Assembly: GCA_034417075.1 (NCBI GenBank)
Contig: DAOULU010000038.1
Location: 15,766 to 79,765, forward strand
Source: Anaerolineales bacterium
GTDB taxonomy: Bacteria > Chloroflexota > Anaerolineae > Anaerolineales > E44-bin32
Length of the DNA stretch: 64,000 nucleotides
Direction: 5' to 3'
The notes under the pieces were generated by a model that saw only the letters and a program-made list of their open reading frames with translations, had not been told where the DNA came from and searched no databases. The translations under genes and the position numbers were made by a program. How positions within the stretch are numbered: position 1 is the stretch's first letter; the number at the start of each line of letters is the position of its first letter. This document shows positions 36,901 through 45,476 of the stretch, one piece after another.

Positions 36901-37568
36901 GGAAATAAAAAAAGACTCGATAGTGTCCACCCGGTCAGTTCGGTTTTTAGCACCCACGAAATATCGATCGTGTTCCAATAGCCTACAAAGGTAAATAAAA
37001 AAGCCGACATACAACCAGCCAGCATAGATCCAACCCATGCGAACCACACACCCTTGCGAGGCCAATACTTAATAATGAACTGATAAATCAAGGTGTTCGT
37101 ATAGATTCCGAAAATGAAGGCAAGAATATTGGCGATGTATTGTCGATATCCGAGAAGAGCGAGGATGGCGTCAAGGCTCGAAGATAGATCGCCGAACATC
37201 GCAGCAAACCAGCGCGTAGCGAGCGCTGTTAAAATTCCTGAAAGCAAGACGACTGCGCCAAGGTTAAAGGTAAGTAGATTTGCGCGCAGCGGCCCTGAAT
37301 ATGTGACGACCATCAAAAAGGTGGCGAATATCACCGGACCCAAAATTGGCGAAGAGAAAGAAAAAGACAGAGTTGAATTTTGTTGAATTACTAAAGGATT
37401 AGCCTGAATAAAGGCAATCAAGATCGGACGCCAGGTATGAATAACGGCCAAACCGACCAGCGCCACTCGCAGCAGCATTGGTTTGTACCGAATTCCAATG
37501 CGGTGAAGGGTGATGAACAATAACCCGAGTAACCACAGGCAAATGAGTAGAGATATACTTACATTCAT
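33966..37568 (-). CDS. Large sensor histidine kinase: polytopic N-terminus, multiple tandem GAF domains, HisKA, HATPase_c
   Basis: 1200 aa. About 8 helices in the first 230 aa are followed by at least four GAF-like repeats, the H-box SHELRTPLSNI, and NAMNYTSPGG / GTGLGLAI boxes. Confidence 0.9.
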   Translation of the reverse strand: MNVSISLLICLWLLGLLFITLHRIGIRYKPMLLRVALVGLAVIHTWRPILIAFIQANPLVIQQNSTLSFSFSSPILGPVIFATFLMVVTYSGPLRANLLTFNLGAVVLLSGILTALATRWFAAMFGDLSSSLDAILALLGYRQYIANILAFIFGIYTNTLIYQFIIKYWPRKGVWFAWVGSMLAGCMSAFLFTFVGYWNTIDISWVLKTELTGWTLSSLFLFPFVSVYLRYLQRQLEQGRWGQTQGIRSSLGIVRGSLNLRMAFEDLERQLLQESGAFRLLYEVRERVLRARAPEILIEEVCHLLLEYGGYRLVWVRLADERIRDLNIAASCGEETGGLSTFEALIDRIYSTEEFNDADTQDVNPFVLRNIQRDHRLAEWRGEIERRGFHSLAILPLQMEGRLLGSVNVVSAEAEAFNGEMIEVLQIVADDLSHGIARLQMEKRRGEEFEALRKASLSMISSLESKAVLENVLKHTLEFIDADDAHIFLFDGDEVFFGAARWASEDHDKPYSEPRPHGLTYKVARTGKPIVINSTAEHELYQDDPWEGAIVGMPLKTGERTIGVMNVAYLQAHEFEDVELRMLRILANQAAIAIENVRLYEASESERQRVYLLHDIAQVVSQTLDPVELLQRAVTLINDNLEGESTEAFMLDPYGDRMQLLASVRRDRISITDLDSRLEMRVGKGLIGWVAEHGEPILRSDVRGDELWLRIPGVGENVRSALCVPVYANENLRAVIAIFHKKVGAFRNEHLDLLESIAHQVGLALANAEQYQQINRRLSEVTTLRHVAQVVNRRLNMQSLLFEVVRQVGEELGYPVVEIYLVEDDELVLRAARGSEDAIPFRLPISQGVTGRAARMAEAIFVPDVSLDPEYVSGCTDSQCEIVVPLQTDDVVIGVLNVESPLRNDLSEDDMRLLMLLADNISIAIENAALYERLSRHAEELEATIADRTEELAEALKKSQEADRLKTQFVSDVSHELRTPLSNILLYLELLGMGKPDRYESYLATLNRETERLVVLIDDLLTVSRLDADTLELKPTLVDLNTIARGLVEDRKRLFADKNLQVGFEFSTDLPDVVADDRLLSQVISNLMTNAMNYTSPGGCVTISTAIQKENGKRWVTLTVRDTGLGITEEEQARVFQRFFRGKASRKVGTPGTGLGLAICDEIIQRHEGWISLKSEEGAGSAFTIWLPVEPDSTVEERAS

Positions 37569-37607
37569 ACCATGAAGTATTGATGATTATCGAACGAACA
37601 GCGTCGA

Positions 37608-37615
37608 ATGCCTTT
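37608..37615. promoter_or_regulatory. Overlapping divergent -10 boxes (plus TATACT 37610-37615 toward acnA; minus TATAAT 37613-37608 toward the GAF kinase)
   Basis: The sequence cgATTATACTc lies in the 126-nt divergent intergenic region. Confidence 0.35.
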
Positions 37616-37694
37616 CGATTATACTCTTTAAGTACAGTTCCACGAATTGAGAAAATAGTAGTGATTAAGTGAAAAGGATGAAACGGAGAAACAA

Positions 37695-40409
37695 ATGAAA
37701 GTGGACAGTTTCGGTGCAGTAGCCCAACTGAAGACAGAGATGGGGAAGGTTCGTATCTATCGACTGGCAGCACTCGAGGACGCTGGGGTCGCAAATATCG
37801 ATCGTCTCCCTTATTCCATTCGCGTTTTGCTGGAATCGGTGCTGCGGCAAGTGGATGGATATGTGATCAAATCCGAAGACATCATCAATCTCGCCGGGTG
37901 GCACCCAGACAAATCAAACCAAACCAACGTGCCTTTTAAACCCATGAGGGTGGTCATGCAGGATTTTACAGGCGTGCCGGCCATCGTCGATTTGGCAGCC
38001 ATGCGCTCCGCACTCGCGAGAGCAGGAGGGAATCCCGAGCGTATAAACCCGCATATCCCTGTAGATTTGGTGATCGACCATTCCGTCCAGGTGGATTACT
38101 TTGCCTCTGCAGATGCATTAGAACGCAATGCGGAGATTGAGTTCCAGCGGAATCGAGAGCGCTACGAATTCTTACGTTGGAGCCAAGAAGCGTTCGACGA
38201 CCTGCGCGTCGTCCCACCTGCGACGGGCATCGTTCACCAAGTCAATTTGGAATACCTCGCAAAGGTGGTTATGACCGCAAAGCAAGACGGAAAAACTCTC
38301 GCCTTTCCAGACACTCTGGTGGGCACCGATTCGCACACCACGATGATCAACGCTCTGGGTGTACTCGGTTGGGGCGTCGGCGGGATCGAAGCGGAGGCCG
38401 CCATCCTCGGGCAGCCACTCGTGATTCCCACGCCCGACGTCGTAGGATTTCGACTCACCGGCCAAATCCGGGAAGGAACAACGGCCACGGATGTCGTCCT
38501 CACGATCACGCAAATGCTTCGTCAGTACGGCGTTGTGGGAAAATTCGTGGAATTTTTTGGACCGGGATTGTCCAATCTTTCCATTCCGGATCGCGCTACG
38601 ATCTCCAACATGTCGCCCGAATATGGCGCTACGGTTGGGTTCTTCCCCGTCGATGACGAAACCCTACAATATCTCCGCTTGACGGGACGAAGTGAAAAGC
38701 GCATCGATCTCGTCGAACGCTATTGCAAAGAGCAAGCGCTGTTCCATACCCAAGATTCCCCCGCGCCTTCATTCAGTGCCGAACTCGAATTAGACCTCGG
38801 CACTGTCGAGACCAGCCTTGCTGGTCCCAAGCGACCGCAGGACCGAATCCCACTTTCCGAGATGAAATCGCGTTTCCACGAGATCCTGAGCGCGCCAATA
38901 CAGGAAGGTGGGTACGGATTGCAGGAAACCGATCTCGAACGGAACGCCACATTGCGATCGAACGGTAGCAGCGAAACCATTGCTCACGGTGCCTTAGTGA
39001 TTGCAGCGATCACGTCTTGCACAAATACCTCCAACCCCAGCGTGATGATCGGTGCTGGATTGTTGGCCAAGAACGCCGTGGAACGAGGTTTGAAGGTCAA
39101 ATCCTACGTGAAGACCAGCTTGGCTCCGGGGTCGAGAGTCGTCACAGAATACTTAGGCAAGGCCAATCTGCTCGATCCGCTTGCAAAACTGGGGTTCAAC
39201 GTTGTTGGTTACGGCTGTACGACGTGTATCGGGAACAGCGGTCCGCTGCCAGCGGAAGTCGCCAATGTCGTCACAGAAAATGACTTAATCTCTGCGGCGA
39301 TCCTTTCGGGCAATCGTAATTTCGAAGGACGAATCAATCCGTTTGTGCAGGCAAATTACCTGGCTTCTCCCCTGTTGGTCGTCGCATACGCGCTGGCCGG
39401 AAAGATAGACATCGACTTCAAATCGGAACCGATCGGGCACGATGGCGCGGGAGAACCGGTGTTCTTGAGTGACATCTGGCCATCGCAATCCCAAATCGCG
39501 GAGACGATCGAACAAACCGTCAATTCGAAAATTTTTCGAGAACGATATGCGGATGTATTTTCTGGCAACGAAACATGGAACGCGATCCCCGAAACGGGCG
39601 GAAGTCTATACGAGTGGGATCCTGATTCAACCTACATTCAAGAACCGCCTTTCTTTATCGATCTAGGATCGGATATCCTCGCAGTAAAGGAAATCCATGC
39701 TGCGCGCGTGCTCGCTTTTCTCGGCGACAGCATCACAACCGATCACATATCACCAGCCGGCGCAATACCCGCATCCGAACCGGCAGGCCAATATCTCCAA
39801 GAACACGATGTAAAGCCAAAGGATTTCAATTCCTTCGGTTCGCGGCGCGGAAATGACCGCGTAATGACACGCGGGACATTTGGCAACATCCGCCTCAAAA
39901 ACCTGCTTGTCCCCGGCGTGGAAGGCGGCTTCACGCTGCATTTCCCTGACGGCGAACAAATGAGTATTTACGAAGCTGCCATGAAGTACAAGGCTGAAGG
40001 TGTTCCGTTGATCGTCATTGCCGGAAAAGAGTACGGAACCGGGTCGTCCCGGGATTGGGCTGCAAAAGGCACGCTGCTTCTGGGTGTAAAAGCCGTAATC
40101 GCCGAATCCTACGAGCGCATTCACCGCTCGAATCTTGTTGGCATGGGTGTGCTGCCGCTGCAGTTCAAGCCGGGCGAAAACGCAGAAAAATTGGGGCTTA
40201 CGGGCTACGAAGTGTTCAACATCGAAGGCCTCAACGATGATATACAACCCGAGTCTGTTCTGCAGGTCCACGCTACTGGAGAGGACGACACGACAACCAG
40301 CTTCGACGTCCAAGTTCGAATCGATACACCTATCGAAATCGACTATTACCGCAACGGAGGAATCTTACACAGCGTCCTACGAAAAATGATCGTCGATTCA
40401 AACGCATAG
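37695..40409 (+). CDS. acnA: Aconitate hydratase A
   Basis: 904 aa with Fe-S cluster Cys contexts ([18 protein letters not shown]) and an overall AcnA/IRP-type sequence. Confidence 0.95.
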   Translation: MKVDSFGAVAQLKTEMGKVRIYRLAALEDAGVANIDRLPYSIRVLLESVLRQVDGYVIKSEDIINLAGWHPDKSNQTNVPFKPMRVVMQDFTGVPAIVDLAAMRSALARAGGNPERINPHIPVDLVIDHSVQVDYFASADALERNAEIEFQRNRERYEFLRWSQEAFDDLRVVPPATGIVHQVNLEYLAKVVMTAKQDGKTLAFPDTLVGTDSHTTMINALGVLGWGVGGIEAEAAILGQPLVIPTPDVVGFRLTGQIREGTTATDVVLTITQMLRQYGVVGKFVEFFGPGLSNLSIPDRATISNMSPEYGATVGFFPVDDETLQYLRLTGRSEKRIDLVERYCKEQALFHTQDSPAPSFSAELELDLGTVETSLAGPKRPQDRIPLSEMKSRFHEILSAPIQEGGYGLQETDLERNATLRSNGSSETIAHGALVIAAITSCTNTSNPSVMIGAGLLAKNAVERGLKVKSYVKTSLAPGSRVVTEYLGKANLLDPLAKLGFNVVGYGCTTCIGNSGPLPAEVANVVTENDLISAAILSGNRNFEGRINPFVQANYLASPLLVVAYALAGKIDIDFKSEPIGHDGAGEPVFLSDIWPSQSQIAETIEQTVNSKIFRERYADVFSGNETWNAIPETGGSLYEWDPDSTYIQEPPFFIDLGSDILAVKEIHAARVLAFLGDSITTDHISPAGAIPASEPAGQYLQEHDVKPKDFNSFGSRRGNDRVMTRGTFGNIRLKNLLVPGVEGGFTLHFPDGEQMSIYEAAMKYKAEGVPLIVIAGKEYGTGSSRDWAAKGTLLLGVKAVIAESYERIHRSNLVGMGVLPLQFKPGENAEKLGLTGYEVFNIEGLNDDIQPESVLQVHATGEDDTTTSFDVQVRIDTPIEIDYYRNGGILHSVLRKMIVDSNA

Positions 40410-40532
40410 CTGTTCGTGTGACTTAACCCATAATCTTGCCGGAATTGGTACCATGGTTTGTTCGGCGATTCGCCCCGTAATTCCTGCCCCAACGACGATC
40501 GACTTGCACCATAATATTGTCGATCGTGGAAT

Positions 40533-40561
40533 CTTGTAGCATATCGTTGCCTTCTGTGAAA
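40533..40561 (+). repeat. Repeat copy 1: CTTGTAGCATATCGTTGCCTTCTGTGAAA
   Basis: See the finding on this repeat family. This copy is near-identical to 43127-43151 and partially matches 42915-42933 and 43153-43169. Confidence 0.8.
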
Positions 40562-40646
40562 GCATTATATAGATTAACTTCGGTAACTTTCTGGTAACTA
40601 ACCAACACTATAATCATCGTAAGAATGGATATGGGGAGATATTCCC

Positions 40647-42878
40647 ATGAAAGAAAAGATACTCAAACACCGATTCGTCGTGGTATTGTTTATCGGCGTC
40701 GTTCTTGCTGGCAGTGCTGGATACTTGACCTTAAAAGGTAGGTCAACGACTGACGGGAATGCCGCACAATTGCCACCTCGTCGGACTGACACGCCAAGTC
40801 CAACGATTACGCCTTCCAAAATAATTCCCGTAACGCCGTCACCCACCTTGACACCCACCATAATCCCTACTGAGCCACTTGCGACTGGATTGTCTCCGAT
40901 CGACGGAATGGAGATGGTGTTTGTGCCGGAAGGTCCCTTCTTAATGGGGCTTTCAGACGAAAATGTGGAATACATTATGGAAATGTGTGGCTCTGATTGC
41001 AGGCGGAACTCATTCCAATCGCAGCAACCTCAACATGAAGTTTACCTAGACTCCTATTGGATCGACCGCACTGAGGTGACCAATGAGATGTACGCGGCAT
41101 TCCTGAACCAAGAGGGAAATCAGACGTTCGGTGACGGGTATTACATCTGGCTTGAAGAGGAGTGGTCAAGTCTTGAGAACGTCGAGGGTGAATGGATACC
41201 GAAAAGTGGCTATGCTGACCATCCAGTGGAAGCCGTGTCATGGTATGGTGCTCGGGCGTACTGCGCCTGGGCTGGGCGTCGCTTGCCCACAGAGGCAGAG
41301 TGGGAGAAAGCCGCGCGCGGGGAAGATGGCAGGCTTTTTCCCTGGGGGAATGATTTCAATCGGAGTTTGTTTAATACAAAAGGGGACGGTGTCTCCGGAA
41401 CCATGGCGGTGGGGAGCTTTCCTGGTAACGCAAGCCCATATGGAGCACTGGATATGCTCGGGAACGTAGAAGAGTGGGTGGTTGACTTACACGACAAGGA
41501 ATACTATGCTGTGTCGCCCGCAGTTAATCCCACCGGGCCATATTCGGAAAACGCAGAGCTTTACTATTGGCGAGTGCTAAGAGGCGGAAGTTATTATTTT
41601 ATCAACCAGGGATTATCGGCTGCGTATCGCCAAGGTGCTCCAGGATATGATAATCTTCACGGTGTTGGATTTCGCTGCGTAAGCATAGCGGGCGAAATTC
41701 CTGTTTACGCCACGTCTACTCCTGTGCAAACTCCCATGATCGATATTGGAGAAACCATCGCGCTTGATTGGATCAACATGATGAATGAAACGGATGGGTG
41801 GGGGAGAAGCGCTGAAACCATCTTGAACACCCGTGACGGCGGACAGACATGGCGTGAGGCGTCGCCACCAGACAATACAGCGGGATATGTCGAAGAATTC
41901 GACAAAAGATTGTATTTTGAAGCAGTCGATGCGGATCACGCTTGGGTGGTCTACGCGCCAAAACCCTCTGCAGCGAGCTATGGTAGCTATGGTTGTGTAC
42001 CTTCGGATGCACAAGTATGGTATACCTCCGATGGCGGGCAATCCTGGGATCCCAGCCAACCGCTCATGCACGATGTGGTGAATATGTCATGTAGGGCTTC
42101 GATCTATATGTCGGATACACAAATGGGTTGGTTGAGCATTAATGGCTGGTATACAGCCGCAGGCCTGCATACGGAGATGCAATTATTCAAAACCACGGAC
42201 GGCGGTAATACCTGGGAGACTGTAGAAGCAACCTGGTGCTACTCGGAGGTTACATGTTCTTCCTACGCGCCCTGGCTGTCTGAAAAAGCGTTCTACGGTC
42301 AGTCCGGTTGGTCGTTGGAAAACATGCATGGTTGTTATCCCTGCTACGGCAACACTCCGGCGCCTGCCTACTTTGTCTCGACCGATGGCGGCGCCACCTG
42401 GCATTATCGCTATTTGCCTTCACCGACAGGCGATCCTGATTTCTACGAAGGGTACTTTTTTTGCGAACCCTATCAGCTCACACTCAGTACCGACAAGATC
42501 GTTCATTTGCAGCTTTCTTGTTACCAATACGAAGGAGATGCATCGCCTGGCCCGAAGCCTGGACCGAAGGACTACGTTTACGCCAGCGAGGACGGCGGTC
42601 TCACCTGGACGATACACGAACTGCCGAGCTCTTCGGGTCGAATGCTGTTTTTCGATAAGTACCATGGCCTGCTCTTGGACCGGGAGATGTGGCGCACAGA
42701 GGATGGTGGATCAACCTGGGAACACATCAACACCGTTACATGGGATGGTCAATTCAGTTTCATTGACCCCTGGTACGGTTGGGCGGTTACCGAGAGCGAA
42801 GAAGGAGAAACAGCCCTTGTCGCTACAACGAATGGGGGCGAAACCTGGAAAATTCTGACTCCGGTAGAAGCTGAATAA
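40647..42878 (+). CDS. Membrane-anchored fusion: formylglycine-generating-enzyme (SUMF1/FGE) family domain + seven Asp-box (BNR/Ycf48-like) beta-propeller
   Basis: TM anchor and a TPSPTITPS linker. FGE hallmarks are present (HPVEAVSWYGARAYCAWAGRRLPTEAEWEKAARG, RVLRGGSYY, GFRCV). Seven xDGGxxW motifs follow: RDGGQTW, SDGGQSW, TDGGNTW, TDGGATW, EDGGLTW, EDGGSTW and TNGGETW. Confidence 0.8.
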   Translation: MKEKILKHRFVVVLFIGVVLAGSAGYLTLKGRSTTDGNAAQLPPRRTDTPSPTITPSKIIPVTPSPTLTPTIIPTEPLATGLSPIDGMEMVFVPEGPFLMGLSDENVEYIMEMCGSDCRRNSFQSQQPQHEVYLDSYWIDRTEVTNEMYAAFLNQEGNQTFGDGYYIWLEEEWSSLENVEGEWIPKSGYADHPVEAVSWYGARAYCAWAGRRLPTEAEWEKAARGEDGRLFPWGNDFNRSLFNTKGDGVSGTMAVGSFPGNASPYGALDMLGNVEEWVVDLHDKEYYAVSPAVNPTGPYSENAELYYWRVLRGGSYYFINQGLSAAYRQGAPGYDNLHGVGFRCVSIAGEIPVYATSTPVQTPMIDIGETIALDWINMMNETDGWGRSAETILNTRDGGQTWREASPPDNTAGYVEEFDKRLYFEAVDADHAWVVYAPKPSAASYGSYGCVPSDAQVWYTSDGGQSWDPSQPLMHDVVNMSCRASIYMSDTQMGWLSINGWYTAAGLHTEMQLFKTTDGGNTWETVEATWCYSEVTCSSYAPWLSEKAFYGQSGWSLENMHGCYPCYGNTPAPAYFVSTDGGATWHYRYLPSPTGDPDFYEGYFFCEPYQLTLSTDKIVHLQLSCYQYEGDASPGPKPGPKDYVYASEDGGLTWTIHELPSSSGRMLFFDKYHGLLLDREMWRTEDGGSTWEHINTVTWDGQFSFIDPWYGWAVTESEEGETALVATTNGGETWKILTPVEAE

Positions 42879-42914
42879 GGATCCATGAAATTAATGGGCC
42901 GTCCCATAGAATCC

Positions 42915-42933
42915 CTTGCAGCATATCGTGGCC
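42915..42933 (+). repeat. Repeat copy 2 (degenerate): CTTGCAGCATATCGTGGCC
   Basis: Aligned by eye to copy 1 over the first 24 positions, 19 of 24 match. Confidence 0.55.
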
Positions 42934-43126
42934 CTTGGTAAAAAAGCAGGGATTCCTAGATGGAATAGTCTAGGTGCACTGAACCAATCCGCCAATCCAA
43001 TCCCTTGTGCTGGCCGAAAATGCACATCCGTCCGATTGAATATCTTTGAATATTTGATTTTCTCCACGATCAACATATTCTTTGTAAAAATGGGGATTTA
43101 TCGACAAATTTTCACATAAATTTTAA

Positions 43127-43193
43127 TAGCATATCATTGCCGTGTGTGAAACTGTAGCATATCGTTTCCGCAGCCGTAGTATTATGCTACAAG
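43127..43193 (+). repeat. Repeat copies 3 and 4 plus one inverted core: TAGCATATCATTGCCGTGTGTGAAA, TGTAGCATATCGTTTCC, and inverted TATGCTACAAG
   Basis: Copy 3 (43127-43151) matches copy 1 at 22 of 25 positions. Copy 4 lies at 43153-43169. The sequence at 43183-43193 is the exact reverse complement of CTTGTAGCATA in copy 1. TTTCACA (43110-43116) and TGTGAAA (43145-43151) also form an inverted pair. Confidence 0.8.
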
Positions 43194-43320
43194 AAGCAAT
43201 TCGGATACCGAACGGCTGATCGATATCCGAAATCGTGTTTAAAAAAAAAGCCCCCGATCTAGATTCGAAAACTGGAGCTTTGGTTTTAAGATCGATGCCA
43301 ATATACACCGGAAGGCCCGA

Positions 43321-44124
43321 TCAACTTAGCGCGTGATATTCCGCCTCAACTTGCTCGATATCATCCATCAATTGCTCTGCCATCTCACCCAATAAATCCC
43401 GCCCCTCGCGCTGTGCGATGGTGACATCCAACATCAGACGGACCGTTTCTGAATTGACGAGACGATTGAGCTCGCTCTCCAGGTTACGTACCACACGGTC
43501 GAGGCGCTGCAATTCTTCTCGTAATTCAATGATCGTTTCGGCTCGGCTCTTCCTACGGGGAGGTTCGGGTGAACTCGGTGGTTCCAGGAATGACTGCAGC
43601 GTCGCTGCGTCGCCCGCAGCGTAGGCTTGATTAATTTTCGTCATTATTTCCGCACGTCGTTTTTTATCATAAATCTCGGTAACTAAGTCCGGGTGATAGA
43701 GCTTGGCCAGCGTTCGAAACAAAGTTTTAAGCTCTTCCTTGGAGATTTCGTTCACCGGCTCTTCAGGAGCCGGCGGTGGTGGTGGTGCCTCGCGTCGAGA
43801 CCACGTTCGATTGAATTGTTCCATCACGTCCGGGATTTCATCTTCATCTGAACGGTCATCCCACTGCGATTGATGCGTTGTCCGTCTACGCGCGTCATTT
43901 AAGTGATTCTGGGCATCTTCCAAACTTCGTTCAAGATGTCCAACACGAGTTTCGTATTCGATCTCGAAACGCGATAACTCATTACGCGTGTCCGAGAGTT
44001 CCAACTCGAGATCCGCGATCGTGTCCTGCCGGTCCGCAATTTTCGTCTTTAAGTCGTAAATTTCGGGATCGGTTGCCCGGTCGACCGCACGCTTTAAAGA
44101 ACCTTGGCTACGTCGCTTAAACAT
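43321..44124 (-). CDS. Coiled-coil protein with an internal J domain (HPD motif)
   Basis: LKTLFRTLAKLYHPDLVTEIYDKKRRAEIMTKINQAYAAGD is a J-domain helix II-HPD-helix III. It is flanked by heptad-rich regions, with a PPPPPAP linker. A candidate own promoter, TTGCGA-16-TATATT, lies in the upstream gap. Confidence 0.75.
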   Translation of the reverse strand: MFKRRSQGSLKRAVDRATDPEIYDLKTKIADRQDTIADLELELSDTRNELSRFEIEYETRVGHLERSLEDAQNHLNDARRRTTHQSQWDDRSDEDEIPDVMEQFNRTWSRREAPPPPPAPEEPVNEISKEELKTLFRTLAKLYHPDLVTEIYDKKRRAEIMTKINQAYAAGDAATLQSFLEPPSSPEPPRRKSRAETIIELREELQRLDRVVRNLESELNRLVNSETVRLMLDVTIAQREGRDLLGEMAEQLMDDIEQVEAEYHALS

Positions 44125-44286
44125 CACTCTGTCCCCAAAATAAAAACTGCGCTATTTATTTCACGTACGCAGAAATTTTCCCCCATCAAATTCAATATAT
44201 CCAAAATCCCTTATTTCGCAACACGTTACGTTGGTACTGAACGGATCATATCGTACCTTTTCACCAGCCGTAGGTCACAATCGCGC

Positions 44287-44667
44287 TCAACCTTGCTGTA
44301 ACACAGTCGGCTCATCGTTGGGTAATCCAGGCACAATTAACATCATCATCTGGCGGCACTTGAATACCCGCCATTGAAGAAACTGCGCTGGGTATGTTTC
44401 ACCTATATTCTCCTGCCATTCTTCAAGACTCCCCAGTTGCTCCAACGCACATATCGGGACCAATTCACCATCGTGCCCCAATCGAGAGATCTGCTCAGTT
44501 TGATTGGCTTCCAATTTTTTTAACCCGGGCATGCGTCCATCTTGAGAATATTTGCACGAACCCTCAAATTGTGTTGTTATCTTTCCCGAGCAAATCAGCT
44601 CATGCGATATCAATCGCCCCCTTGAGAAAAGGAAAAGCGCCTGAGATTTGCCGTGATTTTCGTGCAT
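44287..44667 (-). CDS. Hypothetical 126-aa protein (no recognisable family)
   Basis: The ORF has a GGGGGTG Shine-Dalgarno 4-5 nt upstream of ATG 44667. Its composition is more protein-like than the antisense ORF at 44394-44744. Confidence 0.5.
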   Translation of the reverse strand: MHENHGKSQALFLFSRGRLISHELICSGKITTQFEGSCKYSQDGRMPGLKKLEANQTEQISRLGHDGELVPICALEQLGSLEEWQENIGETYPAQFLQWRVFKCRQMMMLIVPGLPNDEPTVLQQG

Positions 44668-44748
44668 TTACACCCCCTGTCGCATGTTTCTTCTCGCGCA
44701 AACCAGGCACCCACCCGGACCATTACCTACGATCGACGTTGTGACATT

Positions 44749-45294
44749 TTACACGGTATCGTCATCCTTGTCAATACGCAAATTTGACTGCGGGAACATC
44801 TCCTTCTCCCCCATACCCAGATAAAAACCCCGCTGCTCTGCGACCATCGTCAGGTGTTTTGACCGCGATCGCGTGGGAGTATATGCCGAGGTCTCCCACT
44901 CACTTACCGTCTGCTGACGGACACCGAGCATATCGGCCATCCTTGCTTGACTGACGCCGAGGTACGCACGAAATGCGCGAATCATGTCCGCGTCCCAGCG
45001 AATCTCGTCCCCATCTCTGTGCACTTTGTAGCGCAAGGTAGGACGGTGAAACACAATAACCTTCTTAACCAAGTCCACATTCGCAACGCGAAAACCTGTT
45101 TCGAGCCATGCTGCAGCCTGAACTCCACCACGAGCACGGTTGCTCCAAAAAGAGCGCCCCTTTTTCGCCGATTCCGGCAACGGCGCATCCAGAACATTCT
45201 CGATTTCGATAAACGACAGTTGGATCCGCTTCTTTGAACTGCGACCCAGGTATTGATACAACGGAAAATATTTTGAATCGGTTTTAACGACCAT
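44749..45294 (-). CDS. Two-domain protein: uncharacterised N-terminal domain + C-terminal XRE-family helix-turn-helix
   Basis: HTH segment (FRAYLGVSQARMADMLGVRQQTVSEWETS). The N-terminal motif is KYFPLYQYL ... LSFIEIENVLDAPLPESAKKGRSFWSN. Confidence 0.75.
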   Translation of the reverse strand: MVVKTDSKYFPLYQYLGRSSKKRIQLSFIEIENVLDAPLPESAKKGRSFWSNRARGGVQAAAWLETGFRVANVDLVKKVIVFHRPTLRYKVHRDGDEIRWDADMIRAFRAYLGVSQARMADMLGVRQQTVSEWETSAYTPTRSRSKHLTMVAEQRGFYLGMGEKEMFPQSNLRIDKDDDTV

Positions 45295-45419
45295 AATGAC
45301 TCGCTCTGTAATTAGCCTTCCATCACTCTATTTTAATGAGTTCTGATTTTGAAACCAGTTGGAATATCGATCTTCGAGGATGCAAGCCCGAATGATGACA
45401 CTTGGTGGGTTAAATGATG

Positions 45420-45476
45420 AAAAGCGAGGCGGCGGCAGGAAGCCTCGCTTTTCTACGGCTTCTCTTCCGAGAAGCC
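45420..45476. terminator. Two adjacent GC-rich hairpins (11-bp and 8-bp stems); probable terminator of the LysM transcript and insulator ahead of the XRE gene
   Basis: The first hairpin is AAAAGCGAGGC-11 nt-GCCTCGCTTTT (45420-45452), with U-tracts on both strands. The second is GGCTTCTC-TTCC-GAGAAGCC (45457-45476). Confidence 0.6.

Noticed and set aside
40423-40617. 64-aa minus-strand ORF between acnA and the FGE gene, and the 61-aa ORFs at 42891-43076 and 43123-43308.
   Set aside because: They lie in AT-rich intergenic DNA, lack Shine-Dalgarno sequences and show no conservation between the repeat-containing copies at the peptide level. The repeats are better explained at the DNA level.
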